DNA from: Ruminococcus sp.
GTDB lineage: Bacteria; Bacillota; Clostridia; Oscillospirales; Ruminococcaceae
DNA: 64,000 bases
NCBI RefSeq assembly: GCF_017519145.1
Contig: NZ_JAFWTA010000021.1
Strand: one strand, 5' to 3'
Below are positions 27,725-37,663 of the stretch, piece after piece (position 1 is the first letter of the stretch; every line of letters begins with the position of its first letter). Position numbers and translations under genes: made by a program. Below the pieces are notes generated by a model. It made no database searches and had not been told where the DNA came from. It worked only from the letters and a program-made list of their open reading frames with translations.

Positions 27725-28960
27725 ATGCAGATATCTCAGCAGCAGCTTGACCTGGTCAACGACCGCATACGCGCCCTCGTTGAGGCAGGCAGCTTCTATG
27801 GAAAAAAGCTTGCAGAGGCAGGCATTACTCACGTTGAAACTCCCGAGGACTTCACAAAGCTGCCCTTTTCGGAGAAGAAGGACCTCCGTGACGCATATCC
27901 CCTCGGACTAATGACTGCTCCCGAGGAGGAGATAGTCCGCATACATTCATCATCGGGAACTACGGGTACTCCCGTAATTATCCCCTATACAGCCAAGGAC
28001 GTTGACGACTGGGCTATCATGTTCAAGCGCTGCTACGAAACAGCAGGCATAACCAACATGGACCGCATACAGATAACCCCCGGCTACGGTCTCTGGACCG
28101 CAGGTATCGGCTTCCAGAACGGTGCCGAGAAGCTGGGCGCAATGGTAATACCCATGGGTCCCGGAAATACCGACAAGCAGCTCCAGATGATGCAGGATAT
28201 GAAGAGCACCGTGCTCTGCTCAACATCTTCATATGCACTTCTTCTTGCAGAGGAGATAGAAAAGCGCGGCATAAAGGAAAATATCCACCTCAAAAAGGGA
28301 GTTATCGGCTCTGAGCGCTGGAGCGACAAGATGCGCAAGCACATCTCCGAGTCGCTGGGCATAGAGCTCTACGATATCTACGGACTTACTGAGATATACG
28401 GCCCCGGTATCGGCATAAACTGCGAATATAACGAGGGTATGCACTACTGGGATGACTATCTCTACATCGAGGTCATCGACCCCAAGACAGGCGAGCCCGT
28501 TCCCGACGGCGAAATGGGCGAGATCGTCATAACGACTCTCGTCAAGGAGGGCGCTCCCCTTATCCGTTACAGAACACACGACCTTTCAAGGATAATCCCC
28601 GGCAAGTGTAAGTGCGGACGCTGCTATCCCCGTCTTGACACCATCATGGGACGTACAGACGACATGATGAAGATAAAGGGCGTCAACGTATTCCCCAGCC
28701 AGATAGAGGAAGTTCTTGCAAACTTCAACGAGATAAACAGCGAATACCAGATCCGCATATCTCACCTTGACGGCAAGGACACTATGCGCATCTACGTTGA
28801 GTCTACAGGCGATGTGGACTTCGATGCACTGAGCAAGAGGATCGCAGAAAAGGTAAAGAGCAGGATAGGCTTCACTCCTATCGTCAAGGTAGTAGAGGTG
28901 GGAGTCCTGCCCAGAAGCATGAAGAAGACCGCAAGAGTTATCGACGAGAGATTTGACTGA
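27725..28960 (+). CDS. paaK: phenylacetate-CoA ligase family (aryl-acetate/CoA ligase)
   Basis: LPFSEKKDLRDAYPLGL and IHSSSGTTGTPV (AMP-binding P-loop), YGLTE, and C-terminal KIKGVNVFPSQIEEVL. Confidence 0.9.
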   Translation: MQISQQQLDLVNDRIRALVEAGSFYGKKLAEAGITHVETPEDFTKLPFSEKKDLRDAYPLGLMTAPEEEIVRIHSSSGTTGTPVIIPYTAKDVDDWAIMFKRCYETAGITNMDRIQITPGYGLWTAGIGFQNGAEKLGAMVIPMGPGNTDKQLQMMQDMKSTVLCSTSSYALLLAEEIEKRGIKENIHLKKGVIGSERWSDKMRKHISESLGIELYDIYGLTEIYGPGIGINCEYNEGMHYWDDYLYIEVIDPKTGEPVPDGEMGEIVITTLVKEGAPLIRYRTHDLSRIIPGKCKCGRCYPRLDTIMGRTDDMMKIKGVNVFPSQIEEVLANFNEINSEYQIRISHLDGKDTMRIYVESTGDVDFDALSKRIAEKVKSRIGFTPIVKVVEVGVLPRSMKKTARVIDERFD

Positions 28961-30066
28961 TGAGACACAGCTTTATTGCAGCTGTTATGGGGGCGCTCCT
29001 TGCAGCGCCCCTCATTTCGGGCTGTTCGGATAACAATACCTCATATGAAAGCAGCTCTGAGCTCACCACCGAAGCACCGGAGACTACTGCTCCTGCCGAG
29101 GAGGAGACCACGGAAAAGGCGTCTGAAGCCGAATCGGAAGAAATATCCGTAAATACGGCGGACGTTGTCTCCAACGGCAATGATATCCTTTATATCATGG
29201 ACAACGGCGACTTTGTCTATGTTACCGAGAAAAACGATCAGGACGGTCCTCACGAGGTATATGTCCGCGACAACAGAAAAGGCAGCACCGAGGAGCTCGA
29301 CCTGCCCGAATACAGCGTGGTATACCACTGTGACGGGGAAAAGCTCTATTACTACTCTCCCGACGAGGGTCTTTGCGTTTACGATGAGGGGAAGTCCTCA
29401 CTGCTCAGCAAGGATACAAAGTCCGCGGACTTTGTACCGAGGCGAGAAAGCTTTTACTTCTTCGATGACGGCATACTTTTCTGCTGTCCCGACGGCGAGG
29501 AGACCGAAATAAAGATCATGGACTACTCGGGAAAGCTCTCACAGGAAAGCTTTCACATAGACCATAAGAACGCCCGTATCGTGGGATATGCGGATATCGG
29601 CGGAAAGACCTGCCTTATCTGCTCCTATGATGTGGGAGTCAAGGAGCATATCATCGCATTTGACGGAGCCTCCTCAGCCTCCTACAAGGAGCTTGCTGTG
29701 GGCGAAAGCCCTGTTATCACAGGAGGAAAGCTGTACTATATCGACTTCAACAAGCTGTACAGCATCCCTGTGGATGGCGGAGAGCCTAAGCAGGTAAGCG
29801 AAACTCCCTGCATGAAGTACTGCTTCCTCGGGGACAAGCTCATCTTCACGGACACAAAGTCAGTCTTTTCCCTTGACAGCAGCGGCGAAAAGGAGATCAT
29901 GGACTGCGGCGACCTGACAGAGTGTGACTTCATAAAGGAAATAGGCACAGCCGACGGCAGGCTCTTTGTACGCGGCGGCTCGGGAGCCTTCTACTCCTGC
30001 CTTGCGGAAACAGACGAAAAGGGCAGGATCATCGAGGAGATATACTCGGGCGAAAAACGAAACTGA
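28960..30066 (+). CDS. lipoprotein with DUF5050-like beta-propeller repeats
   Basis: Lipobox LLAAPLISGCSD. Recurrent G(E/G/D)KLYY / KLIFTD blades (GEKLYYYSPDEG, GGKLYYIDFNKLYSIPVDGGEPKQVSE, LGDKLIFTD). Confidence 0.55.
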   Translation: MRHSFIAAVMGALLAAPLISGCSDNNTSYESSSELTTEAPETTAPAEEETTEKASEAESEEISVNTADVVSNGNDILYIMDNGDFVYVTEKNDQDGPHEVYVRDNRKGSTEELDLPEYSVVYHCDGEKLYYYSPDEGLCVYDEGKSSLLSKDTKSADFVPRRESFYFFDDGILFCCPDGEETEIKIMDYSGKLSQESFHIDHKNARIVGYADIGGKTCLICSYDVGVKEHIIAFDGASSASYKELAVGESPVITGGKLYYIDFNKLYSIPVDGGEPKQVSETPCMKYCFLGDKLIFTDTKSVFSLDSSGEKEIMDCGDLTECDFIKEIGTADGRLFVRGGSGAFYSCLAETDEKGRIIEEIYSGEKRN

Positions 30067-30069
30067 TAT

Positions 30070-30540
30070 ATGGATATAAACGAACTTCTCGCGCTGATAT
30101 TTATAATAGCCGTTATCGCCTTTGCGGTATGGCTGTACAAGAGGCTGCACAAGCCCGATATTACCAAGCTCTACAATGCAAAGACCATCCTCACAGACAG
30201 GGAGTATGAGTTCTACACCCGTCTGAAGCCCCTTGCGGATCAGTATGGGCTGAATATCTACACCAAGGTCAGGCTTGCGGATCTTATCGAGCCCAAGCCC
30301 AAGGAGGAGAATCCTTACTGGATGGAGTGCTTCAACAAGATAAAGGCAAAGCACATCGACTTTGCCCTTGCCGACGATGAGACCTGCATCGTGGCGCTCA
30401 TAGAGCTGGACGACACCTCCCATGCCCGTGCTGACCGCGTGGAAAGGGACGATTTCGTCAATGCCGTGCTGGAGAACACGGGCTATACCCTGCTCCGAAC
30501 CTACGGCGACCTTGATGTTATTGAGGAATATCTTAAATAA
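30070..30540 (+). CDS. DUF2726 (PD-(D/E)xK nuclease-fold) protein with an N-terminal TM anchor
   Basis: ILTDREYEFYTRL...KVRLADLI...KHIDFALADDETCIVALIELDDTSHARADRVERDDFVNAVLENTGYTLLR is the DUF2726 signature. Confidence 0.7.
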   Translation: MDINELLALIFIIAVIAFAVWLYKRLHKPDITKLYNAKTILTDREYEFYTRLKPLADQYGLNIYTKVRLADLIEPKPKEENPYWMECFNKIKAKHIDFALADDETCIVALIELDDTSHARADRVERDDFVNAVLENTGYTLLRTYGDLDVIEEYLK

Positions 30541-30569
30541 AAAAGCATGGCTTTTGCCATGCTTTTTTT
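30541..30569 (+). terminator. Rho-independent terminator
   Basis: AAAAGCATGGC-tttt-GCCATGCTTTTTTT. Confidence 0.8.
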
Positions 30570-30594
30570 GTAGGGGCGCACAATGTGCGCCCCT
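30570..30594 (+). repeat. REP-like element (GTAG + 11-bp perfect palindrome), second sequence family
   Basis: GTAGGGGCGCACAATGTGCGCCCCT between convergent genes, abutting the terminator. Confidence 0.55.
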
Positions 30595-30600
30595 GCGCTT

Positions 30601-31908
30601 TCAGCTCTCAACTGTCAGTCTGTATACCTTATCCACGGTATGTAAGCTGTATGTCAAAAAGACCTCACCGCCGGCACCTACCATGGTGTTCTCCACATTA
30701 TGTATACTGTTGAAGGATATTCCGTCCTCCTGCCCTCTGATGTCCCCATATATGCCCTTTTCGCAGACAGGATAGGTGAGTCCCAGCTCGGGCATTATGC
30801 AGTATACAGGCATACGGAAGGTATTGCTCCTGTTTCCGATGAACACCATTCCGCAGCTGTAGGTTATCTCGTCACCCATGTCCGTGATGTCGGAGATATA
30901 GTGCTCCATCTTCGTAATATCATAGGTGTGGAGCTTATTCCCCGACCTTATGATGAAGCGCTCCGCGTCGGCATATACGATTATTCCCGTGGAGACAGAG
31001 GTCTCCGCGTGGTAAAACTCGTTGTCCATATCCAGCTTGCGGCTGCCCTCACGCTTTACCAGATGGCTTTGTACACCGTTGAAGCGGTCGTTTGACACCG
31101 AATTTTCGGGAGCTTCTATATCATCGCTCAGCACAAATCCGTCCTTGCCGCTGTCAAACTTGTAGAGCACCCCGTCATCATCGCTGTCCTTTGGATATGC
31201 GAGTATGCAGACATCTCCCGTATCATCGGTATGGAGCCATAAATACTCCTCTGTGCTGCCCTCAAAGACCTGCTCCGTCTCATGGGTATAGAGGTCGGTC
31301 TTATAGATCACGCTGCCCTTTTCACCTGATGAGTCGTAGACCTCACTGAACAGGGCTCCATTGCCGAAGCATGGGGGATTACAGCGGTCCTCCAGTTTCT
31401 CGGCTGACCAGCTGTACACCTCCTCGGTGCTGCCGCTTTTCGGGTCATAGCATAACACTTCCCAGTCATATATGTCAAACTTGAAATTGGGGTAGGAAAC
31501 ATAGAGGAAGCAGAGGTCATTCTCGGTATAGCAGCTTTCTATGACTCCCTCTATGGGCTTGTCTACGAAATCCTGCCATTTATATACAGTCTGATCGTTC
31601 CAGTATTCCTGCCCGTAGCATTGCTCGGCGAACTCCGCCCTGTTGCAGACAGGTACCCTCTCGCCCACCTCAATGCCGCTGAGGTCTGTGCTCTCCACCT
31701 TTACGGGAGCCTCTCCCTCGGGATAGCTCAGGGTGACGTTCAGCACCTTGAAATCGCTGTCGCTGTACTCAGCCTTTGTACTTATTTCGCTGTCCTCGGC
31801 GTAGTCGCCCGTGATGTCATCGGTCACCGAGCTGACCTTTTTCTTCTCCGCGCAGCCCCAGCCCAGCACCGAAACTGCCGCCAGTATCAGGGCTATTCTC
31901 TTATTCAT
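30601..31908 (-). CDS. lipoprotein, paralog of the next gene
   Basis: MNKRIALILAAVSVLGWGCAEKKK lipobox (start moved to this Met). The C-terminal block NKLHTYDITKMEHYISDITDMG...VYCIMPELGLTYPV aligns with the neighbour. Confidence 0.6.
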   Translation of the reverse strand: MNKRIALILAAVSVLGWGCAEKKKVSSVTDDITGDYAEDSEISTKAEYSDSDFKVLNVTLSYPEGEAPVKVESTDLSGIEVGERVPVCNRAEFAEQCYGQEYWNDQTVYKWQDFVDKPIEGVIESCYTENDLCFLYVSYPNFKFDIYDWEVLCYDPKSGSTEEVYSWSAEKLEDRCNPPCFGNGALFSEVYDSSGEKGSVIYKTDLYTHETEQVFEGSTEEYLWLHTDDTGDVCILAYPKDSDDDGVLYKFDSGKDGFVLSDDIEAPENSVSNDRFNGVQSHLVKREGSRKLDMDNEFYHAETSVSTGIIVYADAERFIIRSGNKLHTYDITKMEHYISDITDMGDEITYSCGMVFIGNRSNTFRMPVYCIMPELGLTYPVCEKGIYGDIRGQEDGISFNSIHNVENTMVGAGGEVFLTYSLHTVDKVYRLTVES

Positions 31909-33391
31909 CGTTTCCCTCCGCAGTGAACCAGAAGTATACATACTCATAGTCATAATACTCCGTATGTGTGAAGTCGCCGTCAGGTGTACTTACCGTCACA
32001 GGCTTTGATTTTGTAGGACGGTAGGTCATGAACATCGCATTTTTTCTGTCATTGCCGAAAAGTCCCGTGCTCATGTTCATCAGGCTTCCGTCATCATGAG
32101 GAGCTGACTCAACAGGGAAAACAAGTCCCAGAGCAGGCATAATGTAATAAGCGCCGCCTGTGCGCATACCGCCCATATATGTGATAACTCCGTCGCCGAA
32201 GGCAATGCAGTTTCCGCCGTAGTTGGTATAATCAATAACATAGTGCTGCATGGTCTCAAAGTCGAATTCGTGCAGGACATATTTAGAAACGCCGCCATTT
32301 CCTCCGCCGTTGGAAAGGGTAAGAATGAGCTTATCCCTGCCTGCATATACTATATTGCAGTTGTTGAGACCAGTGGAAACTCTGTATTCCTCGGTGACAA
32401 CGTCGTATTTTCGTGTACCCTCGGGCTTTTCCTTCCATGCAAAGAGCTCTCCGTATATGTTGGGGAACTCCTCTGTGCCCCATTTGCTTTCTTCAGCAGG
32501 GCTGAAAACGGAATAAAGCTCCTTCCACTCCCCCGTATCGAAATCGTACTCCTTCATGGTCATGTCCGAGCCATGCTCAACGAAGAAGTTCTCATTGTTG
32601 TCAGAGTATACTACCTCTCCCTCCTTAGGCTTATAGTCCTTGTCCACATTTTCCCTCTGAGGGACGGAAAATGTAACTATGAGCCTGTCGGCGTCATTGG
32701 AGACCATGTGGCCATAACCGTCATCTTCGCTTTCCAGTATCTGTTCCATCTCGCCTGTTTCCCCGTCAAAGCGGCAGATGCCCATAGTATCCGTATCCAC
32801 GAAAAGCTCTCCGCGAACGGAGCATATCTGCCTTATCTCAAGGCTGTTTTCGGGGTCGGAGTGGTGGAGTATCTCCTTCAGCTCTCCCTTTTCCGTATCA
32901 TAGCGGAAAACCGAGCTCTCATGGCATCCGTAACAGAGCGTATCATAATTTACGGCTATATAGGCAGTTGTGCCGCAGCCAATTGCGGAGGTGATGATAA
33001 AACTATCGGGATCGGTAAAGCTCATCTCCCATTCCGCTACCCTGTCTGCCATAAAACGCTCATCGCGGTAGCCGTTGCCTAAGTATTCCATGAACCTGTC
33101 GCGGTATTTCTCGTCCCTGCACGGGGATATCCTGCTGCCGAAGTCCTGCTCCTTAGATGAAAATTCGCAGTGCTTATATGGAAACTCCCTGTCCGTAATG
33201 GTAGTATTCACATCCACTGTGGCGAAATCCTCGGCGGAATAGGTCATAAACTCCCTTTCCACGGGCTCTCCCGAAATGTCCTCACCTGTCTCCGACACGG
33301 GAGCCGAGGACTTTTTATTCTTATTCTCACTGCATGAGAAAGTGCTGAAAGCAAGCATTGAAGCCGCAAATAAACATAATACCTTTTTCAT
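31901..33391 (-). CDS. lipoprotein, paralog of the previous gene
   Basis: MKKVLCLFAASMLAFSTFSCSE lipobox. Block YVLHEFDFETMQHYVIDYTNYG...AYYIMPALGLVFPV. There is an 8-nt overlap with the downstream paralog. Confidence 0.6.
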   Translation of the reverse strand: MKKVLCLFAASMLAFSTFSCSENKNKKSSAPVSETGEDISGEPVEREFMTYSAEDFATVDVNTTITDREFPYKHCEFSSKEQDFGSRISPCRDEKYRDRFMEYLGNGYRDERFMADRVAEWEMSFTDPDSFIITSAIGCGTTAYIAVNYDTLCYGCHESSVFRYDTEKGELKEILHHSDPENSLEIRQICSVRGELFVDTDTMGICRFDGETGEMEQILESEDDGYGHMVSNDADRLIVTFSVPQRENVDKDYKPKEGEVVYSDNNENFFVEHGSDMTMKEYDFDTGEWKELYSVFSPAEESKWGTEEFPNIYGELFAWKEKPEGTRKYDVVTEEYRVSTGLNNCNIVYAGRDKLILTLSNGGGNGGVSKYVLHEFDFETMQHYVIDYTNYGGNCIAFGDGVITYMGGMRTGGAYYIMPALGLVFPVESAPHDDGSLMNMSTGLFGNDRKNAMFMTYRPTKSKPVTVSTPDGDFTHTEYYDYEYVYFWFTAEGNDE

Positions 33392-33555
33392 GATGATGCT
33401 CCTTTCGGATAGTCTTCATATATAAGTGATTTCAGGGGGCAGAAAAGACGAAGTTTTTCATGTTAAAACAAAAAAATATATATCCATTATATCGCACCGA
33501 CCTCACACTGTCAATACCAAACCAAGCACTAACAACTAATCACTAAATACCATAC

Positions 33556-33584
33556 TTGATATTTATATTCATTTATGTTATAAT
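33556..33584 (+). promoter_or_regulatory. sigma-A type promoter upstream of the GH95 gene
   Basis: TTGATA, 17-nt spacer, TATAAT. A second TTGACA overlapping a TTTTCCACA box follows at 33603-33618. Confidence 0.5.
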
Positions 33585-33659
33585 ATGAAGATACACAAAC
33601 TATTGACATTTTTCCACACGCTATGAACCAACGATACTATATTCCCATAGGAGATACAA

Positions 33660-35981
33660 ATGAGTACTGAAACTATAATGAAATACGATTCTCCCGCTGA
33701 GAGCTACATTGAAGCTCTGCCTATCGGAAACGGACGTATCGGAGCTATGATATGGGGCACCCCCGATAAGGAGTCTATCACTCTCAATGAGGATTCTTTC
33801 TGGTCGGGCGGTCTGCGCCACCGTATCAACCCCGACGCAGAGGAGGGTTTCAGAGAAGCCCGCAGCCTGCTCATGGAGGGTAAGCCCTCGGAAGCCGAGA
33901 ACGCTGCCTTCACGAAAATGCAGGGTGTCACGCCCAATATGCGAAGATATATGCCCCTCGGCGAACTGAAGATAGACCTTCAGCTGAACGGCAGGGCAAG
34001 AGATTACTCACGCAGTCTCGACATCGGCAGCGCTGTTGCGGACGCTTCCTTCACCGTCAACGAAGTTACATACACAAAGGAGTATTTTGTCTCGGCTCCC
34101 GATGAGGTCATGGCTGTGCGCATCAGCGCATCGGAGCCGCAGATGGTGTCCTTCTCCTGCTGCATTGACAGCCCCGAGGACCTTTACGACGACAACCGTC
34201 CCTGCGGCGGAAATATGATACTTTTCAGCGGCGGCACAGGCGGTGCAAACGGTATACTCTTTGCTGCCTGTCTCGGAGCTTCCGCCAAAAACGGCACCGT
34301 AAAGGCGGTGGGAAGCAGACTTGTGGTGGAGAATGCCGACGAGGCTACTATCATTCTCTCTGTCCGCACAGACTTCTACAGCCAGAGCTACGCCGAGTCC
34401 GCAGAGGTGGACACGGAAATGGCTTTGCAGTGCGAATATGACGAGCTCTACTACCGCCATGTCAACGACTACCGCGAGCTTTTCGACCGCGTGGAGCTTT
34501 CTCTCAGCGATAACAGCGAGGAGGAGAACATTGATTTCCTCACAACTGCCGAGAGGATAGACCGTCTCAAGGGCGACGAGCTGGACAACAAGGACTGCCG
34601 CCGTCTTATAAACGATAACAAGCTTTTCGAGCTTTACTTCAACTTCGGAAGATACCTCATGATATCATGCAGCCGCGCAGGCACTCAGCCTGTGGGACTT
34701 CAGGGACTCTGGAACGACCTGACAGCTGTACATATCGGCAGCAGGTACATCCTCAACATCAATACCGAGATGTGCTACTGGCTTGCTGAGAGCTGCGGTC
34801 TCCCCGAATGTCACCTGCCCCTTTTCGACCTTCTGGAGAGGGTCTGCGGCAACGGCAGAGTCACCGCAAAGGAGATGTACGGCATCTCAAAGGGCTTCGT
34901 ATGCCACCATAATACGGATATCTGGGGCGATACCGCTCCTCAGGACGAGAACAGGACGGCTACCATATGGCCTATGGGCGGCGCGTGGCTGGCTCTGCAC
35001 ATCTTCGAGCACTATGAGTACACCCTCGACAAGGATTTCCTCGGCGAGAAGTACCATATAATGAAGGAAGCCGCTGAATTCTTCCTTGAATACCTTGCGG
35101 AGAACAAAGACGGCAAGCTGGTAACAGGTCCATCCGTATCCCCCGAAAACACATATATCGACGGAAACGGCACAAAGGCAAGCCTCTGCATGGGACCTGC
35201 CATCGACTCACAGATACTGACGGTGCTGTTCTCCGATGTCATAAAGGCTGCCGAAATACTTGGCAGAGATGAGGCTCTTGCAGGCAGACTGGTGGAGGCT
35301 GTAAAGAAGCTGCCTCAGCCTCAGGTGGGCAAGTACGGACAGATAATGGAGTGGTCGGAGGACTTCGACGAGACCGATATCGGTCATCTCCATATATCTC
35401 AGCTTTTCGCCCTTCATCCCGCCGACCTCATAACTCCCCACAGCACACCAAAGCTGTCTGACGCCGCAAGAGCTACTCTTGTGCGACGTCTTATCAACGG
35501 CGGCGGACGTACAGCCTGGAGCTGCTCATGGGTCACAAATATGTGGGCAAGGCTCTATGACAGCCGTATGGTCTCGGAAAACCTGAAAAGACTGCTGTCC
35601 CACTATACCGCTCCCAACATGATGTCGTGGAAGCCATCAATGAGCATCGACGGCAATCTGGGCGGCACTGCCGCCATCGCTGAGTCTCTCATTCAGAGCT
35701 GCGGAGGCTGTGTATACCTGCTGCCCGCCCTCCCCGACGAGTGGAGCAAGGGTCGTGTGAGAGGCCTCAGAGCAAAGGGCGGCTTCATCGTTGATATGAA
35801 CTGGATAGAGAACAAACTCAGCTCCGCGGAGATATACTCATCTCTTGGCGGCGAGCTCAGACTCAGGACAAACTCCGTGGTCAGCATAACCTGCGGCGGA
35901 GAATCGGTCAACTCTCGCATAGAGGACGGCGCTGTGGTATTTACCACGGAACAGGGCAGAAAATACACTGTCAACGCCTGA
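33660..35981 (+). CDS. GH95 alpha-L-fucosidase
   Basis: N-terminus YDSPAESYIEALPIGNGRIGAMIWGTPDKESITLNEDSFWSGG, then NINTEMCYW and HNTDIWGDT blocks typical of GH95. Confidence 0.88.
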   Translation: MSTETIMKYDSPAESYIEALPIGNGRIGAMIWGTPDKESITLNEDSFWSGGLRHRINPDAEEGFREARSLLMEGKPSEAENAAFTKMQGVTPNMRRYMPLGELKIDLQLNGRARDYSRSLDIGSAVADASFTVNEVTYTKEYFVSAPDEVMAVRISASEPQMVSFSCCIDSPEDLYDDNRPCGGNMILFSGGTGGANGILFAACLGASAKNGTVKAVGSRLVVENADEATIILSVRTDFYSQSYAESAEVDTEMALQCEYDELYYRHVNDYRELFDRVELSLSDNSEEENIDFLTTAERIDRLKGDELDNKDCRRLINDNKLFELYFNFGRYLMISCSRAGTQPVGLQGLWNDLTAVHIGSRYILNINTEMCYWLAESCGLPECHLPLFDLLERVCGNGRVTAKEMYGISKGFVCHHNTDIWGDTAPQDENRTATIWPMGGAWLALHIFEHYEYTLDKDFLGEKYHIMKEAAEFFLEYLAENKDGKLVTGPSVSPENTYIDGNGTKASLCMGPAIDSQILTVLFSDVIKAAEILGRDEALAGRLVEAVKKLPQPQVGKYGQIMEWSEDFDETDIGHLHISQLFALHPADLITPHSTPKLSDAARATLVRRLINGGGRTAWSCSWVTNMWARLYDSRMVSENLKRLLSHYTAPNMMSWKPSMSIDGNLGGTAAIAESLIQSCGGCVYLLPALPDEWSKGRVRGLRAKGGFIVDMNWIENKLSSAEIYSSLGGELRLRTNSVVSITCGGESVNSRIEDGAVVFTTEQGRKYTVNA

Positions 35982-35995
35982 TTTAGGAGGAATAA

Positions 35996-37648
35996 ATGGA
36001 TATTCGCAAGTTCATCGCTCTTGCAGCTGCTGTGGGAGCTGCCGCATCGGCATTCTCAGCCTGCAGCAAGAGCAAAAAGGCTTCGGTAACAGCTTCCGTG
36101 CCTATAATCGAGGAAACTACCGCTAAAAAGACCACCGAGCCGACTACCACGGTCCCCGTGGAGACCTTTCCCGATTACCCCGTTACCTTCCCCGAGATAG
36201 AGAAGACCCAGTCGGGCAACCTCTATGAGGCGGAAAAGGGCGAACTGAAAGGCGGCGCAAAGGCTGCCGCTGACCTTCCCGAATTCAGCGGAGAGGGCTA
36301 TGTTACAGGCTTCGGCGACAAGGGTGAGGCGTCTGTCACATTCGAGGTGGATGTGCCCAGCAATCAACACTATGACCTGTCCTTCAACATCTCAGCCAAA
36401 AAGGCTGTGGACTGCCGTCTGTCACTGGGCGACGAGCAGCTGACAGTGTTCAGGACCACCGACAATGACCAGTTCACCTATATCACCATCTACGGAGTCT
36501 TTCTCACCAAGGGCAAGCAGAAGATCACCATAACTCCGCAGAACGGCGATATGTGCATAGATTATCTCAAGATAGAGAACAACACCTCCCTCAGCGATAT
36601 CAGCTACAACGCAAAGGGCGAGCTGGTAAACAAAAACGCAGGGGAGTCCGCAAAGGAGCTCATGAGCTTCCTCAGCGAAAACTACGGAAAATACATCATC
36701 ACGGGACAGTATGCCTACGGCGGAGACAACTCCGAAATGGACCTTATCTACCGCACCACAGGCAAATCCCCCGTTATACGCTTCTCAAACTTTGAGGTGC
36801 CCGACGAGAGCTTCGATGAGAGCTTCAAGGAGATAGACGCTGCCGCAGACTGGTATCTCGGCGGCGGCATCACCTGTGTAAGCTGGTTCTGGAAGTCTCC
36901 CTCGGATAAAAAAAGCGGCATCCGTACCGAGGATACCGACTTCGACCTGTCAAAGGCTGTCACAGAGAAGGATATCTCGCTTCTCACAGAGGAGGAGCTG
37001 AGAGAGATGTACAGCAATGGCACTATTTCCAAGGAGTGCTACGGTCTCATCCTTGACATAGACAGCATGGCAGGACAGCTCACATCACTGAAAAACAGGG
37101 GAGTACCTGTGCTGTGGAGACCTCTCCCGGAGGGCTGCGGCGACTGGTACTGGTGGGGCGCCAAGGGAAATGCTCCCTATAAGTGGCTCTGGCAGCTCAT
37201 CTATGACCGCTTTACCAAGTATTTCGAGCTGGACAACCTTATCTGGATATGGAACGGTCAGAGCGAGAGCTCTCTGGTGGACAAGCGTACATTCGATATT
37301 GCCGCGGTAGACCTCTACTTCGACGGCGAAAAGGACTACGGAAACAGATTTTACGAGGAATTCGCCGCTGTACAGAAGTTCGTGGGCAGCGATAAGCTCA
37401 TTGCCCTCAGTGAGTGCGGAAGCGTTCCCGATATGGACACCGCATTCCGCGACAACGCAGTATGGTCCTTCTTCGGACTGTGGTACGGCAAGTACATACA
37501 GGACGAAAAGGGCGAATATTCCGAGAAATTCACCAGCAAGGACGCCATCGTAAGAGCCTATAACTCCGACGGCGCCATGACTCTGGACGAGTATCAGAAA
37601 ATGAGAGGTCTCGAGCCCCAGCCTGCTGAGGCAGATACCGATGAATAA
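35996..37648 (+). CDS. lipoprotein with a CBM6/35-like module and a GH26-like (mannanase family) catalytic domain
   Basis: Lipobox AASAFSACSK. CBM-like YEAEKGELKGGAKAA...GEGYVTGF...CIDYLKIEN. GH26-like PVLWRPLPEGCGDWYWWG. Confidence 0.75.
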   Translation: MDIRKFIALAAAVGAAASAFSACSKSKKASVTASVPIIEETTAKKTTEPTTTVPVETFPDYPVTFPEIEKTQSGNLYEAEKGELKGGAKAAADLPEFSGEGYVTGFGDKGEASVTFEVDVPSNQHYDLSFNISAKKAVDCRLSLGDEQLTVFRTTDNDQFTYITIYGVFLTKGKQKITITPQNGDMCIDYLKIENNTSLSDISYNAKGELVNKNAGESAKELMSFLSENYGKYIITGQYAYGGDNSEMDLIYRTTGKSPVIRFSNFEVPDESFDESFKEIDAAADWYLGGGITCVSWFWKSPSDKKSGIRTEDTDFDLSKAVTEKDISLLTEEELREMYSNGTISKECYGLILDIDSMAGQLTSLKNRGVPVLWRPLPEGCGDWYWWGAKGNAPYKWLWQLIYDRFTKYFELDNLIWIWNGQSESSLVDKRTFDIAAVDLYFDGEKDYGNRFYEEFAAVQKFVGSDKLIALSECGSVPDMDTAFRDNAVWSFFGLWYGKYIQDEKGEYSEKFTSKDAIVRAYNSDGAMTLDEYQKMRGLEPQPAEADTDE

Positions 37649-37663
37649 GCAAGGAGGCTTCGT

